From positions 72,241-136,240 of the IMG/VR virus record IMGVR_UViG_3300020438_004021: 64,000 bases of DNA; one strand, written 5' to 3'. The first letter of the stretch is position 1. Each line of letters starts with the position of its first letter. Shown here in pieces: positions 35,712 to 46,634 of the stretch. The notes below the pieces were generated by a model. That model had not been told where the DNA came from, made no database searches, and saw nothing but the letters and a program-made list of their open reading frames with translations. Origin of the DNA: a virus. A program made the translations under genes and the position numbers.

Positions 35712-38700
35712 ATGCCATATTCCCAGACACCTTATGATTCAAATCTGTTTAATAAGAGTCCTTATTACGACGACTTCAGTGAAGACAAGAAGTTCCTCAG
35801 GACACTTTTCAGACCCGGTTATGCTGTTCAGGCAAGAGAACTGACACAGCTACAAACTGTTCTACAATCTCAGCTCGAAAGAATGGGGACCCATATATTT
35901 GAAAATGGTGCGGTCATTGCGGGTGGTGGTATTGCAGAATCTAATATCGCCTATGCTAGACTTGGAACAGCAGATGCCCTAAGCACTTCTAATCTAAACA
36001 GGCTCATCAATCAGAACATTTCAAATGATTCTGGTGTAAATGCTAGAATCCTCCACGTACTAGACGGTTCTACTTTGGATATTGACCCGTCTCAGGTGGT
36101 ATTCTTCCAGTTCACTTCCAATGGTGGATTTGTAGAAGGAAGCACTTTAGGGACTACTGGTGCTAATAGTGCCGGTCTAACGTTCTCTATTGCAGCTGCT
36201 GGTAACACCGCACCATCTGTTGGCAATGATGCAATGATATTCAGTGTGGACGAGGGTGTTTACTACGTAGACGGGTACTTCGTCAAGAACGATAAGCAAG
36301 TCACAGTTCCATTTTATGAAGCAGGTTCCTGTGCAGATAATAATGACCACAGATATAGAGGATTCGTCAGTCCAACATCTTCAGTAGGTTGGAACATATC
36401 CAGAACTATAGTCACTGCCAATGATGACGAGTCCCTAAAAGACCCAGCGGCCGGTTTCTATAACCAGAACGCACCTGGTGCAGATAGATACAAGATAGAC
36501 CTATCATTAGGTCACAAGGGTTTCACGTCATCTCTAGGAAGTGCTTCCGGACTCACCTTCGATGACCAAGACTTCATCGAGCTTGTGAGGATAATCGGTG
36601 GCAGTAGTACAAAGACAGTCAAATATACTGACTATGCAGAGATTGAAGAGACATTCGCAAGAAGGACATTCGACGAATCCGGCAACTTCACGGTGGGTGC
36701 ACCTAAGATCAGGATAACCACCCATGATGCTGCCTTTACTCCCGCAGACAGCAGTAAATTCGCGGTAGGGGTAGAACCAAATAAATCTTATGTTGGTGGT
36801 TTTGAGGTCGATACCCAAAGCACGGCCTACCTAGAGGTAGACAAGGCGAGAGATATTGGAAAGATACCACCATATTTCGAGCAACTCAACTCTCAACTGG
36901 GTAACTATGTATTCATAGAACCTAGCGGTGGTGGTGTTTATGGTGGTGGATGGGGTTCCGGTACTAGTGCCGATAATTCGTTCTCTGCCAATTCTATAGA
37001 CAAACAATACTCTTACAGCATCTATAAAGAAGACGTACACACAGCACCAGAAATTGGTCCAACACTAGGAAGTTGTAATGTTAGATCCATTGCCAGAGAA
37101 GGTGATGACCTCAAACTATACCTCTTCAACATCAAGATGGCAATTGGAGAAGATGGTACACCAAATAACTTCACAGATGCCCAATACATAGTATCCCATG
37201 ACCCCGTTCAGGGTGGTACTGGTGGAACTGGTTCCTACTTCAAGGTGAAAACGGATAGCAGTGGTTTCATTGGTCCCCATGATGCTGGAAACAAGACATT
37301 GGTATTCCCAGTCTCCCAAAATAAGGTAGTGACTGAGACTGGACCTGGTAAACAACTAGACACAGCATCTACTTTCACCGTACTAGAGACCCATGACGTT
37401 CACTTCACCAACGGAAAATCTACGGCAATTGTGTCATTAGAAGATGGTAAGCAGTTCTTAGGCAGTGACGATGAAGATGTCTTAGTTTGGTTTGGAGCAA
37501 CTGCCTCTGATTCAGGTTTAGATGCCGGATACACTGCTGACTTGCTACCTTTGAGTCAGTTCAGGTGGACCAGTTACGGTAGTAGAGGTCAACTAGAGCT
37601 ATTGGAAGGTCTAGACGCCCCCTCAGCAGGTGCTACCGCTACGATGGTGTTACCAGTAATGTATGACTCCGAAAGAGTGGTGGGAGACGTTTATAGAACT
37701 CTTACCACAACAACTGGGTCGGTAGTTGGTGCAATATCCGATGCGGTGGTGTTCCATGAAGGTGCTACTTGTGCTAGGTTCAAACTAGACAACTCTCACA
37801 TCAAATCGATAGATACGGTCGCCGATGGAAGTGGAGTTAAACCATCCACAAGTTATTTCTTTGATGATGGTCAGAGACAATCAGGATTTTATAAAGGTCA
37901 GGTATTTGTACCGACCAATGTCCTATCAGGTAACGACACAGATGGTTATGTTGCTAATATTAGCTATTCTTACTACTCCCATACTGGTAAGGGTCCAATC
38001 ACAGTAAACAGTTATCCAGTAGGGTATGAGCAAATACCCGAGTTCACAGACACGGAAAGCGGTAGACTGTACAGACTTAGGAACTGCATTGACTTCCGAC
38101 CGGTAGAAGATAGCGATGGTACTTTCAGCAGCTTTGGAATTCCTTTCTATAAGTATAACCGGTCTTATAGCAAGATCAGTTACAACTACTATATGCCTAG
38201 AATAGACAAGGTATGCTTATGCAGGGATAGGACCTATAGGTTGATTAAAGGTGTAAGTTCAATCGAACCACAAGCACCAGAGACTACTAGCGATGACATG
38301 GACCTATACCTGATTAAGATAAGTCCATACGTTTTCGACCTTAATAGGGACGTGACTGCCAAATATATCGACAATAAGAGATTCACTATGAGGCAGATTA
38401 GTGAAATTGAGAACCAAGTTGAGAAGGTCGACCAAGAAAGATATCTAGACAGACTCTACTCAGATGCTGTCGCCAAGGGCAACGCTGATGTAGGAACTGG
38501 AATCAATGAATCTATTATGGTAGATGATTTTAGTAGTCACGCATTCGCAGACGTTACTAATAGAGACCACAACTGCAGTATGGATACCTCTTTCAGGGGT
38601 CTTCTTCCACCGAAGGTTACCAGTGTTTACAACTTCGCAAGCGGTTCAATTCCATCTGGAATGACATTAACCGAGGGCAGACATGTCGTTTATGACTTCC

Positions 38701-40781
38701 AAGAGGTACAGGTAGTGGGTGGCAACACCGGAACTGCCACTCTAGCGGTAAATCCATTCGGAAGTACAGATTTCTTGGGTCACATGAGTCTTAACCCATC
38801 TTCAGACATCTATTACGACACCAGCAAGAACGGTCAGGTAATTGTAAACTCATTTGGAGAAAACAACCTATACAAAACGGTAGGCAAATCTTGGACTCAA
38901 GGTAGAACAGCTGGTTGGGGTGGTGAAGACAATGAATGGATAAACAGGTGGTTGGGAAGCGAAGACTTATCTGAAAAATCCCAAGCAGAAGTGGATCATA
39001 CGGAGAGAGATTATAGACTACCCAATAAGGTTGCTAGGGTCAAACTTCCAGACAGGATTCTCAGAACCGCAGGCGATAGAACTGTTGATGAGAGTGTAGT
39101 ACCTTATGCTAGATCTAAGGGATTCACATTTGAGGCAACAGGTCTTCTACCTGGTTCCACGGTATACGCAATCCTAGATAATACCTTGGTGGGTGCTTCA
39201 GGCACTGGTTACGCAGTTAGTAGTCAGGGTGGTGTTTCAGGACACATCGAAGTTGATAACTCATTCCTATCTGGACCAATAAGTTTCAGAGTGTCGGACA
39301 GCAATACCAACACGTTAAGTTCTACAAACACAGCAGCCGATTGTAAGTTCTACTCTCAGGGACTGCTGGATACTAGGAATTCTACAATCGTTTCTACTAG
39401 GACACCTCAGGCGAGGAGAAAGTCCGTTGCCAGTGAGAGTGTAATTGATGGTCCGTTCTTAAATGTAGTCGACGGCAATTTCTCTTCTGTACAAAACGGT
39501 TTAGACCCATTAGCACAAGAGATTTCGGTAGATGCTGGCACATTCCCCCAAGGAGTGTTCTTGAGAAGTATTGACCTATTCTTCAATCAGGTTGATCCTA
39601 ACGTACCAGTGAACATTCATATTAGACCGATGATAAATGGTGCTCCACATGATTTCTTAGTCCTACCAGACTCCGAAATCACTGTAAAACCCACGGTTGT
39701 TGGAGATGGACCTCAGTTCTCACAGAATACGAACTTTAAGTTCAAAAACCCCGTATTCCTACCACCTGGTAACTGGGCAGTGTGCATAAGCAGTAACAGT
39801 GCCGATAACATATTATTCTTATCTGAGATAGGTGGTATATGGTTAGATTCTAACGGAGCACAGAATACCGACTCCTATGAGGTAACCGGTGCTAACGGGA
39901 ATGGTATCAGACTGAAGGGTATCCTTAAACCCCTGAACAACGGCAGCAGAACCAAAGAATCTGGTCAGAACCTAATGATGGGCATAAACAGATGTCAATT
40001 CGTCGGTGGGGCATCCGAAGCACCAGATAGAACGGCATCATTCAATCTCACCATACCATCCGGTAGCACTGGAGCAGGACTGATTGCCAATGTTATATCT
40101 AACAAGCAGTTGTTCACCGATTCTGATATTAGACCGACATACAACCTACAGATGGGCAATCAATCGTATAACGGTGTGGTTCCCAATAAAGATATTGTTC
40201 TAGATCAAAGGCATTTCGTGAATTCATCTTCACAGCAAAGTCTAGACGTTATATTTGGTTCCACCACAACCAACAATGTGTCTCCTGTGGTAGACATGGA
40301 CAGGTTGGGTCTACTGATAGCGGACAGTGCTCTTAGAGCATCTATGACGCCGGGTGATACTGGTTTCAGGGTAGGAGAGACACAGAATAATTCCTCAGCC
40401 GCTAGAACCTATGCCAGATATGTCAGCAAGAAGATTACCTTCGGGAATTCTATTGCAGACGACATCAGGGTCTTCCTAGATGTTGCACCAAATGAAGGGA
40501 ATGTCAAAGTGTTTGTTAAATTGGGAACTTCTGGAGAAGATTTCGATGACTTGGATTACGTCCAACTATATAATGATGGGGACAGCAGTTCGGAATCTGA
40601 GTGGTTCGATTCGGGAAGTCAACTACTTACAAGTTATTCCTTCAAACCAGCAGCGGGGACTTCGATAGGAGAATTCTCCTCTTATGCAGTAAAGATTGTA
40701 ATCAGCAAGAGTCAATCTACAATCACAGAAGACAAGTTGCCAATCATTAAAGATTTGAGAGCGATAGCTATCAAGAACTGA
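35712..40781 (+). CDS. Large virion structural protein (DUF4815/VrlC-like)
   Basis: PYYDDF, LFRPG.AVQARELTQLQ, APGADR, RRTFDESG, DPLAQ. Confidence 0.88.
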   Translation: MPYSQTPYDSNLFNKSPYYDDFSEDKKFLRTLFRPGYAVQARELTQLQTVLQSQLERMGTHIFENGAVIAGGGIAESNIAYARLGTADALSTSNLNRLINQNISNDSGVNARILHVLDGSTLDIDPSQVVFFQFTSNGGFVEGSTLGTTGANSAGLTFSIAAAGNTAPSVGNDAMIFSVDEGVYYVDGYFVKNDKQVTVPFYEAGSCADNNDHRYRGFVSPTSSVGWNISRTIVTANDDESLKDPAAGFYNQNAPGADRYKIDLSLGHKGFTSSLGSASGLTFDDQDFIELVRIIGGSSTKTVKYTDYAEIEETFARRTFDESGNFTVGAPKIRITTHDAAFTPADSSKFAVGVEPNKSYVGGFEVDTQSTAYLEVDKARDIGKIPPYFEQLNSQLGNYVFIEPSGGGVYGGGWGSGTSADNSFSANSIDKQYSYSIYKEDVHTAPEIGPTLGSCNVRSIAREGDDLKLYLFNIKMAIGEDGTPNNFTDAQYIVSHDPVQGGTGGTGSYFKVKTDSSGFIGPHDAGNKTLVFPVSQNKVVTETGPGKQLDTASTFTVLETHDVHFTNGKSTAIVSLEDGKQFLGSDDEDVLVWFGATASDSGLDAGYTADLLPLSQFRWTSYGSRGQLELLEGLDAPSAGATATMVLPVMYDSERVVGDVYRTLTTTTGSVVGAISDAVVFHEGATCARFKLDNSHIKSIDTVADGSGVKPSTSYFFDDGQRQSGFYKGQVFVPTNVLSGNDTDGYVANISYSYYSHTGKGPITVNSYPVGYEQIPEFTDTESGRLYRLRNCIDFRPVEDSDGTFSSFGIPFYKYNRSYSKISYNYYMPRIDKVCLCRDRTYRLIKGVSSIEPQAPETTSDDMDLYLIKISPYVFDLNRDVTAKYIDNKRFTMRQISEIENQVEKVDQERYLDRLYSDAVAKGNADVGTGINESIMVDDFSSHAFADVTNRDHNCSMDTSFRGLLPPKVTSVYNFASGSIPSGMTLTEGRHVVYDFQEVQVVGGNTGTATLAVNPFGSTDFLGHMSLNPSSDIYYDTSKNGQVIVNSFGENNLYKTVGKSWTQGRTAGWGGEDNEWINRWLGSEDLSEKSQAEVDHTERDYRLPNKVARVKLPDRILRTAGDRTVDESVVPYARSKGFTFEATGLLPGSTVYAILDNTLVGASGTGYAVSSQGGVSGHIEVDNSFLSGPISFRVSDSNTNTLSSTNTAADCKFYSQGLLDTRNSTIVSTRTPQARRKSVASESVIDGPFLNVVDGNFSSVQNGLDPLAQEISVDAGTFPQGVFLRSIDLFFNQVDPNVPVNIHIRPMINGAPHDFLVLPDSEITVKPTVVGDGPQFSQNTNFKFKNPVFLPPGNWAVCISSNSADNILFLSEIGGIWLDSNGAQNTDSYEVTGANGNGIRLKGILKPLNNGSRTKESGQNLMMGINRCQFVGGASEAPDRTASFNLTIPSGSTGAGLIANVISNKQLFTDSDIRPTYNLQMGNQSYNGVVPNKDIVLDQRHFVNSSSQQSLDVIFGSTTTNNVSPVVDMDRLGLLIADSALRASMTPGDTGFRVGETQNNSSAARTYARYVSKKITFGNSIADDIRVFLDVAPNEGNVKVFVKLGTSGEDFDDLDYVQLYNDGDSSSESEWFDSGSQLLTSYSFKPAAGTSIGEFSSYAVKIVISKSQSTITEDKLPIIKDLRAIAIKN

Positions 40782-40789
40782 TATAAATA
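40782..40789 (+). promoter_or_regulatory. T4-type late promoter
   Basis: TATAAATA. Confidence 0.75.
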
Positions 40790-40810
40790 ACTTAGCAGGA
40801 TAAGATATAC

Positions 40811-42940
40811 ATGGGAACATCAACTACAACACCACCTTCAGGAACTACGGCAGATCCAGTACCTAGTCTGTATCTATCTGATACTTTCTATACTTGGTTT
40901 AATACCACCAATGATGTAATCAACAAAGTCAACCCAATAGAGGTCTATACTTTAGCGGCTGCCACAGGTGGTTACAACTCCAACTCCATAGCAGCAGCAT
41001 ATGGAAGCACCACTGGTATTGGTGGTGTCACTATAGATGACTTGGGTAACGGCAACTTTAAACTAGGGTATGTCATCCCAGAGAAAATTACGGGTGGTCA
41101 TACATTTTATGGTCATATTGACTTCAAGAAGGGTCCATCTGGTCACATCGCAAACAGTTTCTGCGGTAGGACGGGTGAAATCGTTGGTGTTAACACCGTA
41201 AGTGGTAGACTGCCAGTAGTCTCTGGTGGAACTGGCAATATTACCGGTTGTGTCATTCAAATCAATGGTATTCTTGCAACAGAAGGTGGCACTATCGCAA
41301 TCACCGCTGGTGATATCGAGGGTTCACTAGCGAGCAGCACCGGTCCTGCGGGATTCATCATTACCGCTACTGGCGGTTTCGAGATGGATGCTCAGACTAA
41401 ACTATTCGATGGAATCCCAGATAGTCTTCAGGGAACAGATACACAATACCAAAACGCACTTCTAGTTCATGGTGCTTCTGGTGCTTCGACTGGTACTAGA
41501 CCAGCAGTCGCCATTGGTGGACAGTCTTGTGACGCATCTTATGGTCTTTTGGTAGACGGTGGTGCTTGGTATGGTGGTCATCCTCAGGATGGTAGTGATA
41601 AGCACAGCGGTGGAATCAAACTAAAGGGCAACAACAAGGACAACTACTTCGATATCTCAGCGGTAGACAGCCTACATATTGGTGCTTGTGCTGACATCAT
41701 CATGAATATCGACCACGTTGCCGATGGTTCTGCTGAATTCAAAGTTACCAAGTCCAGCACTGCTAATGGCACACCTGGTCAGATATCCAACCTGATGAGA
41801 GTCAACTCAAGCGGAGAGCTGTTCGTAGATAAAATTAGAGGTGTTGACGACTCTGCCACGATGATTACCCTGTCTGGTGGTACTGATGTCAAGATTAATA
41901 AGACACTTCACATCGCCGATTTTGTTAAAGATAATGGTGGACAGTCTAGTAATTCATATAGGCAGAACTCAGTTTCAGGCACAGATGCCTCAGGGTTCGT
42001 ATTAAGACCAAATACAGCCGGTAAGATGGACTGGCAGAATGATTACGTTATTGATGATTCGGAAGCACCTAGCAGTGCTACTGGATACTCCGATGGTGCA
42101 GTGTGGTATCAGACCGGTGGTGGAGCGGCTGGTGGTGCTGGAACAGCGGTAGGAAATAAGACTCACCACGTAAGTATCACCAACAACACTAAAGTCTCAT
42201 TAGAGAATATGACTTCGTTGGATTTGTTCCAACCAGTTCGACCAGGCATCACTTCTTTCGATAAGTGGCAGGGAGATGTCAATATTGGAAGCGGCAGAAC
42301 ATCTAAAGCAGAAAGAGGTTGGGATGTTTATGAGGTAGGGACAGACAGTAACGGCATCTTCACAGTCAAAAGACTCACTGCCAGACCTTACATAAACGGC
42401 GGTGCGGATGACCTAAGCGGTACTGGTTTGCTCCCAATAGGCCTCGATATGGCAGGTACGCATGCCTCGATAAAGATAAGTGGTCAGTTTGGTGTCGCCC
42501 AACCTTTAAGCAACCATAGTCATGACGAAATATCATCAATTGGGTCTAACTGGGCAATCCATGCATATGTAACTCAGTCTCCAGCCCCAATGTACTACAG
42601 TGGTGACGGTTGGTCGCACACCGACCCGGTTATCTATGATTTTTGTGAGTCACAGTCTGAGATAGGAACTGGTGTTAACTGGAGTTATACTCTTAAATCA
42701 GAAGTTCACCAGAGCAGATTGGACTTCCGAGAGAGAGACAACAATCAGTTGGGTAGACAACTAATTAGAGATGGGTCAGTCGAACTTGGCATCCCAATTG
42801 GGAGCAGCACTAACAATAGACTATTCATATGCGTTTCAGACGAGAGACCGTTAGCCGCAGGTTCGACAACTTGGGCCCCATCAACAGACAAATTCCAACT
42901 AGATGAAGTAATGATTGACGCATATTCTTTTGATGCTTAA
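40811..42940 (+). CDS. Tail fibre-like protein
   Basis: N-terminal SDTF..W...TN..I baseplate-attachment motif; G/S/T-rich. Confidence 0.7.
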   Translation: MGTSTTTPPSGTTADPVPSLYLSDTFYTWFNTTNDVINKVNPIEVYTLAAATGGYNSNSIAAAYGSTTGIGGVTIDDLGNGNFKLGYVIPEKITGGHTFYGHIDFKKGPSGHIANSFCGRTGEIVGVNTVSGRLPVVSGGTGNITGCVIQINGILATEGGTIAITAGDIEGSLASSTGPAGFIITATGGFEMDAQTKLFDGIPDSLQGTDTQYQNALLVHGASGASTGTRPAVAIGGQSCDASYGLLVDGGAWYGGHPQDGSDKHSGGIKLKGNNKDNYFDISAVDSLHIGACADIIMNIDHVADGSAEFKVTKSSTANGTPGQISNLMRVNSSGELFVDKIRGVDDSATMITLSGGTDVKINKTLHIADFVKDNGGQSSNSYRQNSVSGTDASGFVLRPNTAGKMDWQNDYVIDDSEAPSSATGYSDGAVWYQTGGGAAGGAGTAVGNKTHHVSITNNTKVSLENMTSLDLFQPVRPGITSFDKWQGDVNIGSGRTSKAERGWDVYEVGTDSNGIFTVKRLTARPYINGGADDLSGTGLLPIGLDMAGTHASIKISGQFGVAQPLSNHSHDEISSIGSNWAIHAYVTQSPAPMYYSGDGWSHTDPVIYDFCESQSEIGTGVNWSYTLKSEVHQSRLDFRERDNNQLGRQLIRDGSVELGIPIGSSTNNRLFICVSDERPLAAGSTTWAPSTDKFQLDEVMIDAYSFDA

Positions 42941-42982
42941 TAAATACTAGTGAATATAAAAGACTTAACGAGGATAATATAA

Positions 42983-44101
42983 ATGGCAGGAAAAGATTTT
43001 GATACCGGTGGTGTTTTTAGGGACCCTCAAGGTAAGATATATATTAAGAACGTCATCGATATTGGTAGTGCTATCACCACCAAATCTGTTGCGTCGATAT
43101 CTAGTGTAAATATAGATACTCTGACAACCGGCTCTTCTTTCAATGTAGGCACTGGTCCTAGTGGTGCAGGCAAGTCTGGTGATGGTTATTACCTGTCTAA
43201 GATGCTTATATCAGAAAGCCCAGTATCTTCAAGACAGTTGAAATTCAATCCCAAAGGGTCTGGTACTTCTACCACAAGATCAGCTACTGTATCCATTCCT
43301 GACCCCAGAACTGAGTTTGTTGTGGCATTCACCGCAGGTGCGTTCAGCGGTCAGGGGCATATAACGTCTGGAAGAGGATTCTCTCTAGATGAAACAGTTC
43401 AGGCATATGTCAATGGTACTACGTGGCTTGGTAGGGTTTCTTATGCAGACAATGTTACCGGATCTTATAATGAAGACTACGGCATAACTGGTGCTGTAGT
43501 AGGTTTTTATAACTGTGGACCCACATATGCTACTGGTGGTGCAACTGGTCCATGTGGTGGTCACAGTGGTGATACTGGACCCGGTATTAGTGGTTTATCT
43601 AGTGGTGCTTTCGGTTATCCTTTCACTGTTTACACGGTAATGTCACCCGACAATATCAGAAGTCAACTCCTGTTTGGAGGAAATAATACCGCTGGATTTA
43701 GTAGTGCACAGGAGTTGAACGACCCATCCATGGTAGAGTTTACATATGGAACAGGTCCTGCTGGTGCTACCCTGCCCAAGGGTTACATTATGAACACACT
43801 ATCAGATAAAGCACAAGTTGTTAGGACTAATCATGAGTTATATGGTGCTGGTCAAGCTTCAGAATTCATCTCCTCAATGAAAGTACACTTGGTAACAGGT
43901 GCTACTCTGGTGTTGAGCACTACTGCTGGTTCATCTGGTGGTGGTTCTGGTGGTGCATCTGGACCAGGCATATTCCAAGAATTTGCTACAACCGCGTTGG
44001 AGACGGTGAACAACAACACAGACGCATTCTTTGAAATTCGCAATGAGCTTAACCAATTGGACTCAGTTCATAAATTGCTCTATGCTGGTCTGACTAACTG
44101 A
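42983..44101 (+). CDS. Putative virion protein
   Basis: G/S/T-rich ORF in the late cluster. Confidence 0.65.
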   Translation: MAGKDFDTGGVFRDPQGKIYIKNVIDIGSAITTKSVASISSVNIDTLTTGSSFNVGTGPSGAGKSGDGYYLSKMLISESPVSSRQLKFNPKGSGTSTTRSATVSIPDPRTEFVVAFTAGAFSGQGHITSGRGFSLDETVQAYVNGTTWLGRVSYADNVTGSYNEDYGITGAVVGFYNCGPTYATGGATGPCGGHSGDTGPGISGLSSGAFGYPFTVYTVMSPDNIRSQLLFGGNNTAGFSSAQELNDPSMVEFTYGTGPAGATLPKGYIMNTLSDKAQVVRTNHELYGAGQASEFISSMKVHLVTGATLVLSTTAGSSGGGSGGASGPGIFQEFATTALETVNNNTDAFFEIRNELNQLDSVHKLLYAGLTN

Positions 44102-44120
44102 TTTAAGGTGATTATAGTAT

Positions 44121-45431
44121 ATGGCATATGGAAACAAGACAAGCGGTATATCTGGAGCGGTTTCAAAAAACCAAAGTGGAAGTAATTCTCAATTCCACTG
44201 GTTGAATAAGGTCTATGTCGCTAAAAGCAACCTGTTCGAAGAAATCAAAGCATCTTGGGTAGTGCAGTCTGGTAATTGGGTGAAATGGTATGACCCAGTG
44301 TTTGCGGTCGCTTTCTTCGCAGATAAAGCAGCCTCAGACGGCACACCAGGTAGTATATCCGGTAATGTACCTAAATGGAATGTTCCTGTAGGAACCAAAA
44401 CGTTTTATGCTAGACTATTCGGGGCTGGTGGAAAAACATACACCCCTTGTCCTCAGAAACCAACCCACGGTGGACATGGTGGGTGCACCGACATACAAGT
44501 CAGGACAAGTGAATATAATGCTAATAACGACTATTTCGTAAAGACCGGAAACGATTTACATGTATGCGTAGGTGTGCAAGGTGGTATTGCCAATGTTGAT
44601 GTGACCCATGGAAGTGGTGGATCAGTGTATGTCGGTGGGGGTGGAGGCGGTGGAGGAAGTTGGTTAGTACAAACTACAGACGCTTTTCAGGACTGGAGTG
44701 GAACTTGTCCAGCTGATTCTATAGGAGGTGGACAACGTGCACTTTATGGTCGTGGTGATCTTTTCGGTACACCAGAAGACAACTGGCCTGTAGCCTGGAG
44801 TAACCTTCAAAAAGCGGTCTACAACAATTTCTTAGCCTGCGCCGCAGGTGGTGGTGCTGGATCGGTGAATGCGGGTGCTAATGACCATGCCTGCAAGTGT
44901 GGTGCCGGGGATGTGGGATGCTATGGACCAAGAGGTGGTGACGGTGGAGGTGGTTACAACTTCTATGGATGCGGTACGGGATGGTGCGATCCTCCCGCTA
45001 GTCCTCAAGAATGCACGACATCCCAAGGATGTGGTAATTTCCAAGGTAAGGGTTCTGGTGTGAATCAAGGGGGCGTCGGGATTGGAGATGGGTCGAGAAA
45101 TGGTCAGTTCTTCAGAGGTGCTGCCTCTAATAAGAATAGAGAAGCAGGTGGTGGAGGCTGGGGAGGCGGTGGAGCAGGAGAATATGGTGCAGGTGGCGGC
45201 GCTGGCAATATTAGACAAGGTGCTAACTGGGCTAATCCCAGTGACACGGGCATATATCAAAACCTACAACTAGGCAGAGCGAGAACCACTGAACCTGGTT
45301 GGGAACAAGGTGGTGGTAACTGGAATCGAGTAATACCTCAATGGGTCAGAACTGCTTATGGTTCTCAATATAATTTCGGCACTAGAGACAGCCATGGTCT
45401 GGTTATAATATCTTCAGAACCAATTAGTTGA
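44121..45431 (+). CDS. Glycine/Cys-rich virion protein
   Basis: W.VP.G.., GGGGGGGGS, AGGGAG, GGGWGGG. Confidence 0.7.
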   Translation: MAYGNKTSGISGAVSKNQSGSNSQFHWLNKVYVAKSNLFEEIKASWVVQSGNWVKWYDPVFAVAFFADKAASDGTPGSISGNVPKWNVPVGTKTFYARLFGAGGKTYTPCPQKPTHGGHGGCTDIQVRTSEYNANNDYFVKTGNDLHVCVGVQGGIANVDVTHGSGGSVYVGGGGGGGGSWLVQTTDAFQDWSGTCPADSIGGGQRALYGRGDLFGTPEDNWPVAWSNLQKAVYNNFLACAAGGGAGSVNAGANDHACKCGAGDVGCYGPRGGDGGGGYNFYGCGTGWCDPPASPQECTTSQGCGNFQGKGSGVNQGGVGIGDGSRNGQFFRGAASNKNREAGGGGWGGGGAGEYGAGGGAGNIRQGANWANPSDTGIYQNLQLGRARTTEPGWEQGGGNWNRVIPQWVRTAYGSQYNFGTRDSHGLVIISSEPIS

Positions 45432-45442
45432 CATCGGGCAGT

Positions 45443-45450
45443 TATAAATA
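45443..45450 (+). promoter_or_regulatory. T4-type late promoter
   Basis: TATAAATA. Confidence 0.75.
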
Positions 45451-45479
45451 GTATAGACTAACAAAATAGGGATGCTAAT

Positions 45480-45848
45480 ATGTCGTCAGAAACACACATA
45501 GAAGGAACTTCAGAAGTTAACTTCGTAACAGATTATTTAAGACCTTTAAGTTGTGCACTCCTCAATCTGGACAGCAACTTCTTGCAATCTTATACCACGA
45601 TGTATGCTATGGTAGAATCTTCATTCCAAGAAGAGAATCAGACTAAGATAGTTAGCGATGGTCAGTCTGGAGATGCTTTCTCACGACTTTTAGGTGCTAA
45701 CGTTACTGAAATTTCGGACCAAATAGAACAAATGTCGGTTGCTATTGGATCTATCAGTGGAATCTTAAGACTGGCAGCAGATTCTGAAGCATTTTCTACT
45801 AATGCTATAAACTTAAGAGGTGCTGGTACTGGTGGTTGTGCTTGTTGA
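45480..45848 (+). CDS. Hypothetical protein
   Basis: ORF following a late promoter. Confidence 0.65.
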   Translation: MSSETHIEGTSEVNFVTDYLRPLSCALLNLDSNFLQSYTTMYAMVESSFQEENQTKIVSDGQSGDAFSRLLGANVTEISDQIEQMSVAIGSISGILRLAADSEAFSTNAINLRGAGTGGCAC

Positions 45849-45872
45849 ACAAGGTAAACAGGGAAATGTACA

Positions 45873-46622
45873 ATGGCTAAACCCACGTCTAGACAAACTT
45901 TAAAAGATTATGCACTGAGGAGACTAGGTGCTCCTGTCATCGATATTAATGTCGACGACTCTCAGATGGAGGATGCTCTAGATGATGCTTTGCAATTTTT
46001 CGCTGAGTACCATTTCGATGGTGTTGAGAAGGTATACCTTAGTCATCAAATCACCTCAACAGACCAAACCAACAAATATCTAGATATGAATGCGATAGAC
46101 AGCAATGTCATTAGTGTTATCAAGATGTTTAATGTTAACACCAATTCCATCAATATGTTTGATGTATCTTACCAGTTAGCACTGAATGACTTCTTCGGAA
46201 CTTTCTCTACTGGGACTTTGACTAATTACACCATTACCAAACAGCATCTAGAAATGCTCGAAGACATACTGGACCCAGAAAAGAATGTAAGATTCAGCAG
46301 GGTAACCAATAAGTTATATGGAGATTTTGATTGGGAAAACGATGTAGATGCTGGAGACTATCTGGTAATAGAGGCATATAGTGTTCTAGACCCAGAAACA
46401 TATACGGAAATTTACAACGATAGACTCTTGAAAAGGTATACTACTGCTCTCATAAAAAGAGCATGGGGTGCTAATTTATCTAAATTCGAGGGAATACAAC
46501 TGCCTGGTGGAGTCCAGTTTAATGGACAGAGGATTCTGGAAGAAGCTATGTCGGAAATTGAGAAGATCGAAGAAGAGGTTCAGGATAAATACGAACTACC
46601 ACCTGACTTCATGATGGGTTAA
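45873..46622 (+). CDS. 13: Neck protein gp13
   Basis: LRRLGAPVI.INVD, YHFDG, WG.NL.KF.G.QLPGG. Confidence 0.95.
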   Translation: MAKPTSRQTLKDYALRRLGAPVIDINVDDSQMEDALDDALQFFAEYHFDGVEKVYLSHQITSTDQTNKYLDMNAIDSNVISVIKMFNVNTNSINMFDVSYQLALNDFFGTFSTGTLTNYTITKQHLEMLEDILDPEKNVRFSRVTNKLYGDFDWENDVDAGDYLVIEAYSVLDPETYTEIYNDRLLKRYTTALIKRAWGANLSKFEGIQLPGGVQFNGQRILEEAMSEIEKIEEEVQDKYELPPDFMMG

Positions 46623-46634
46623 GGGAGGTGATTC

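Noticed and set aside
40811-45431. Diversity-generating retroelement target
   Set aside because: No reverse transcriptase in the window and no template/variable repeat pair noticed
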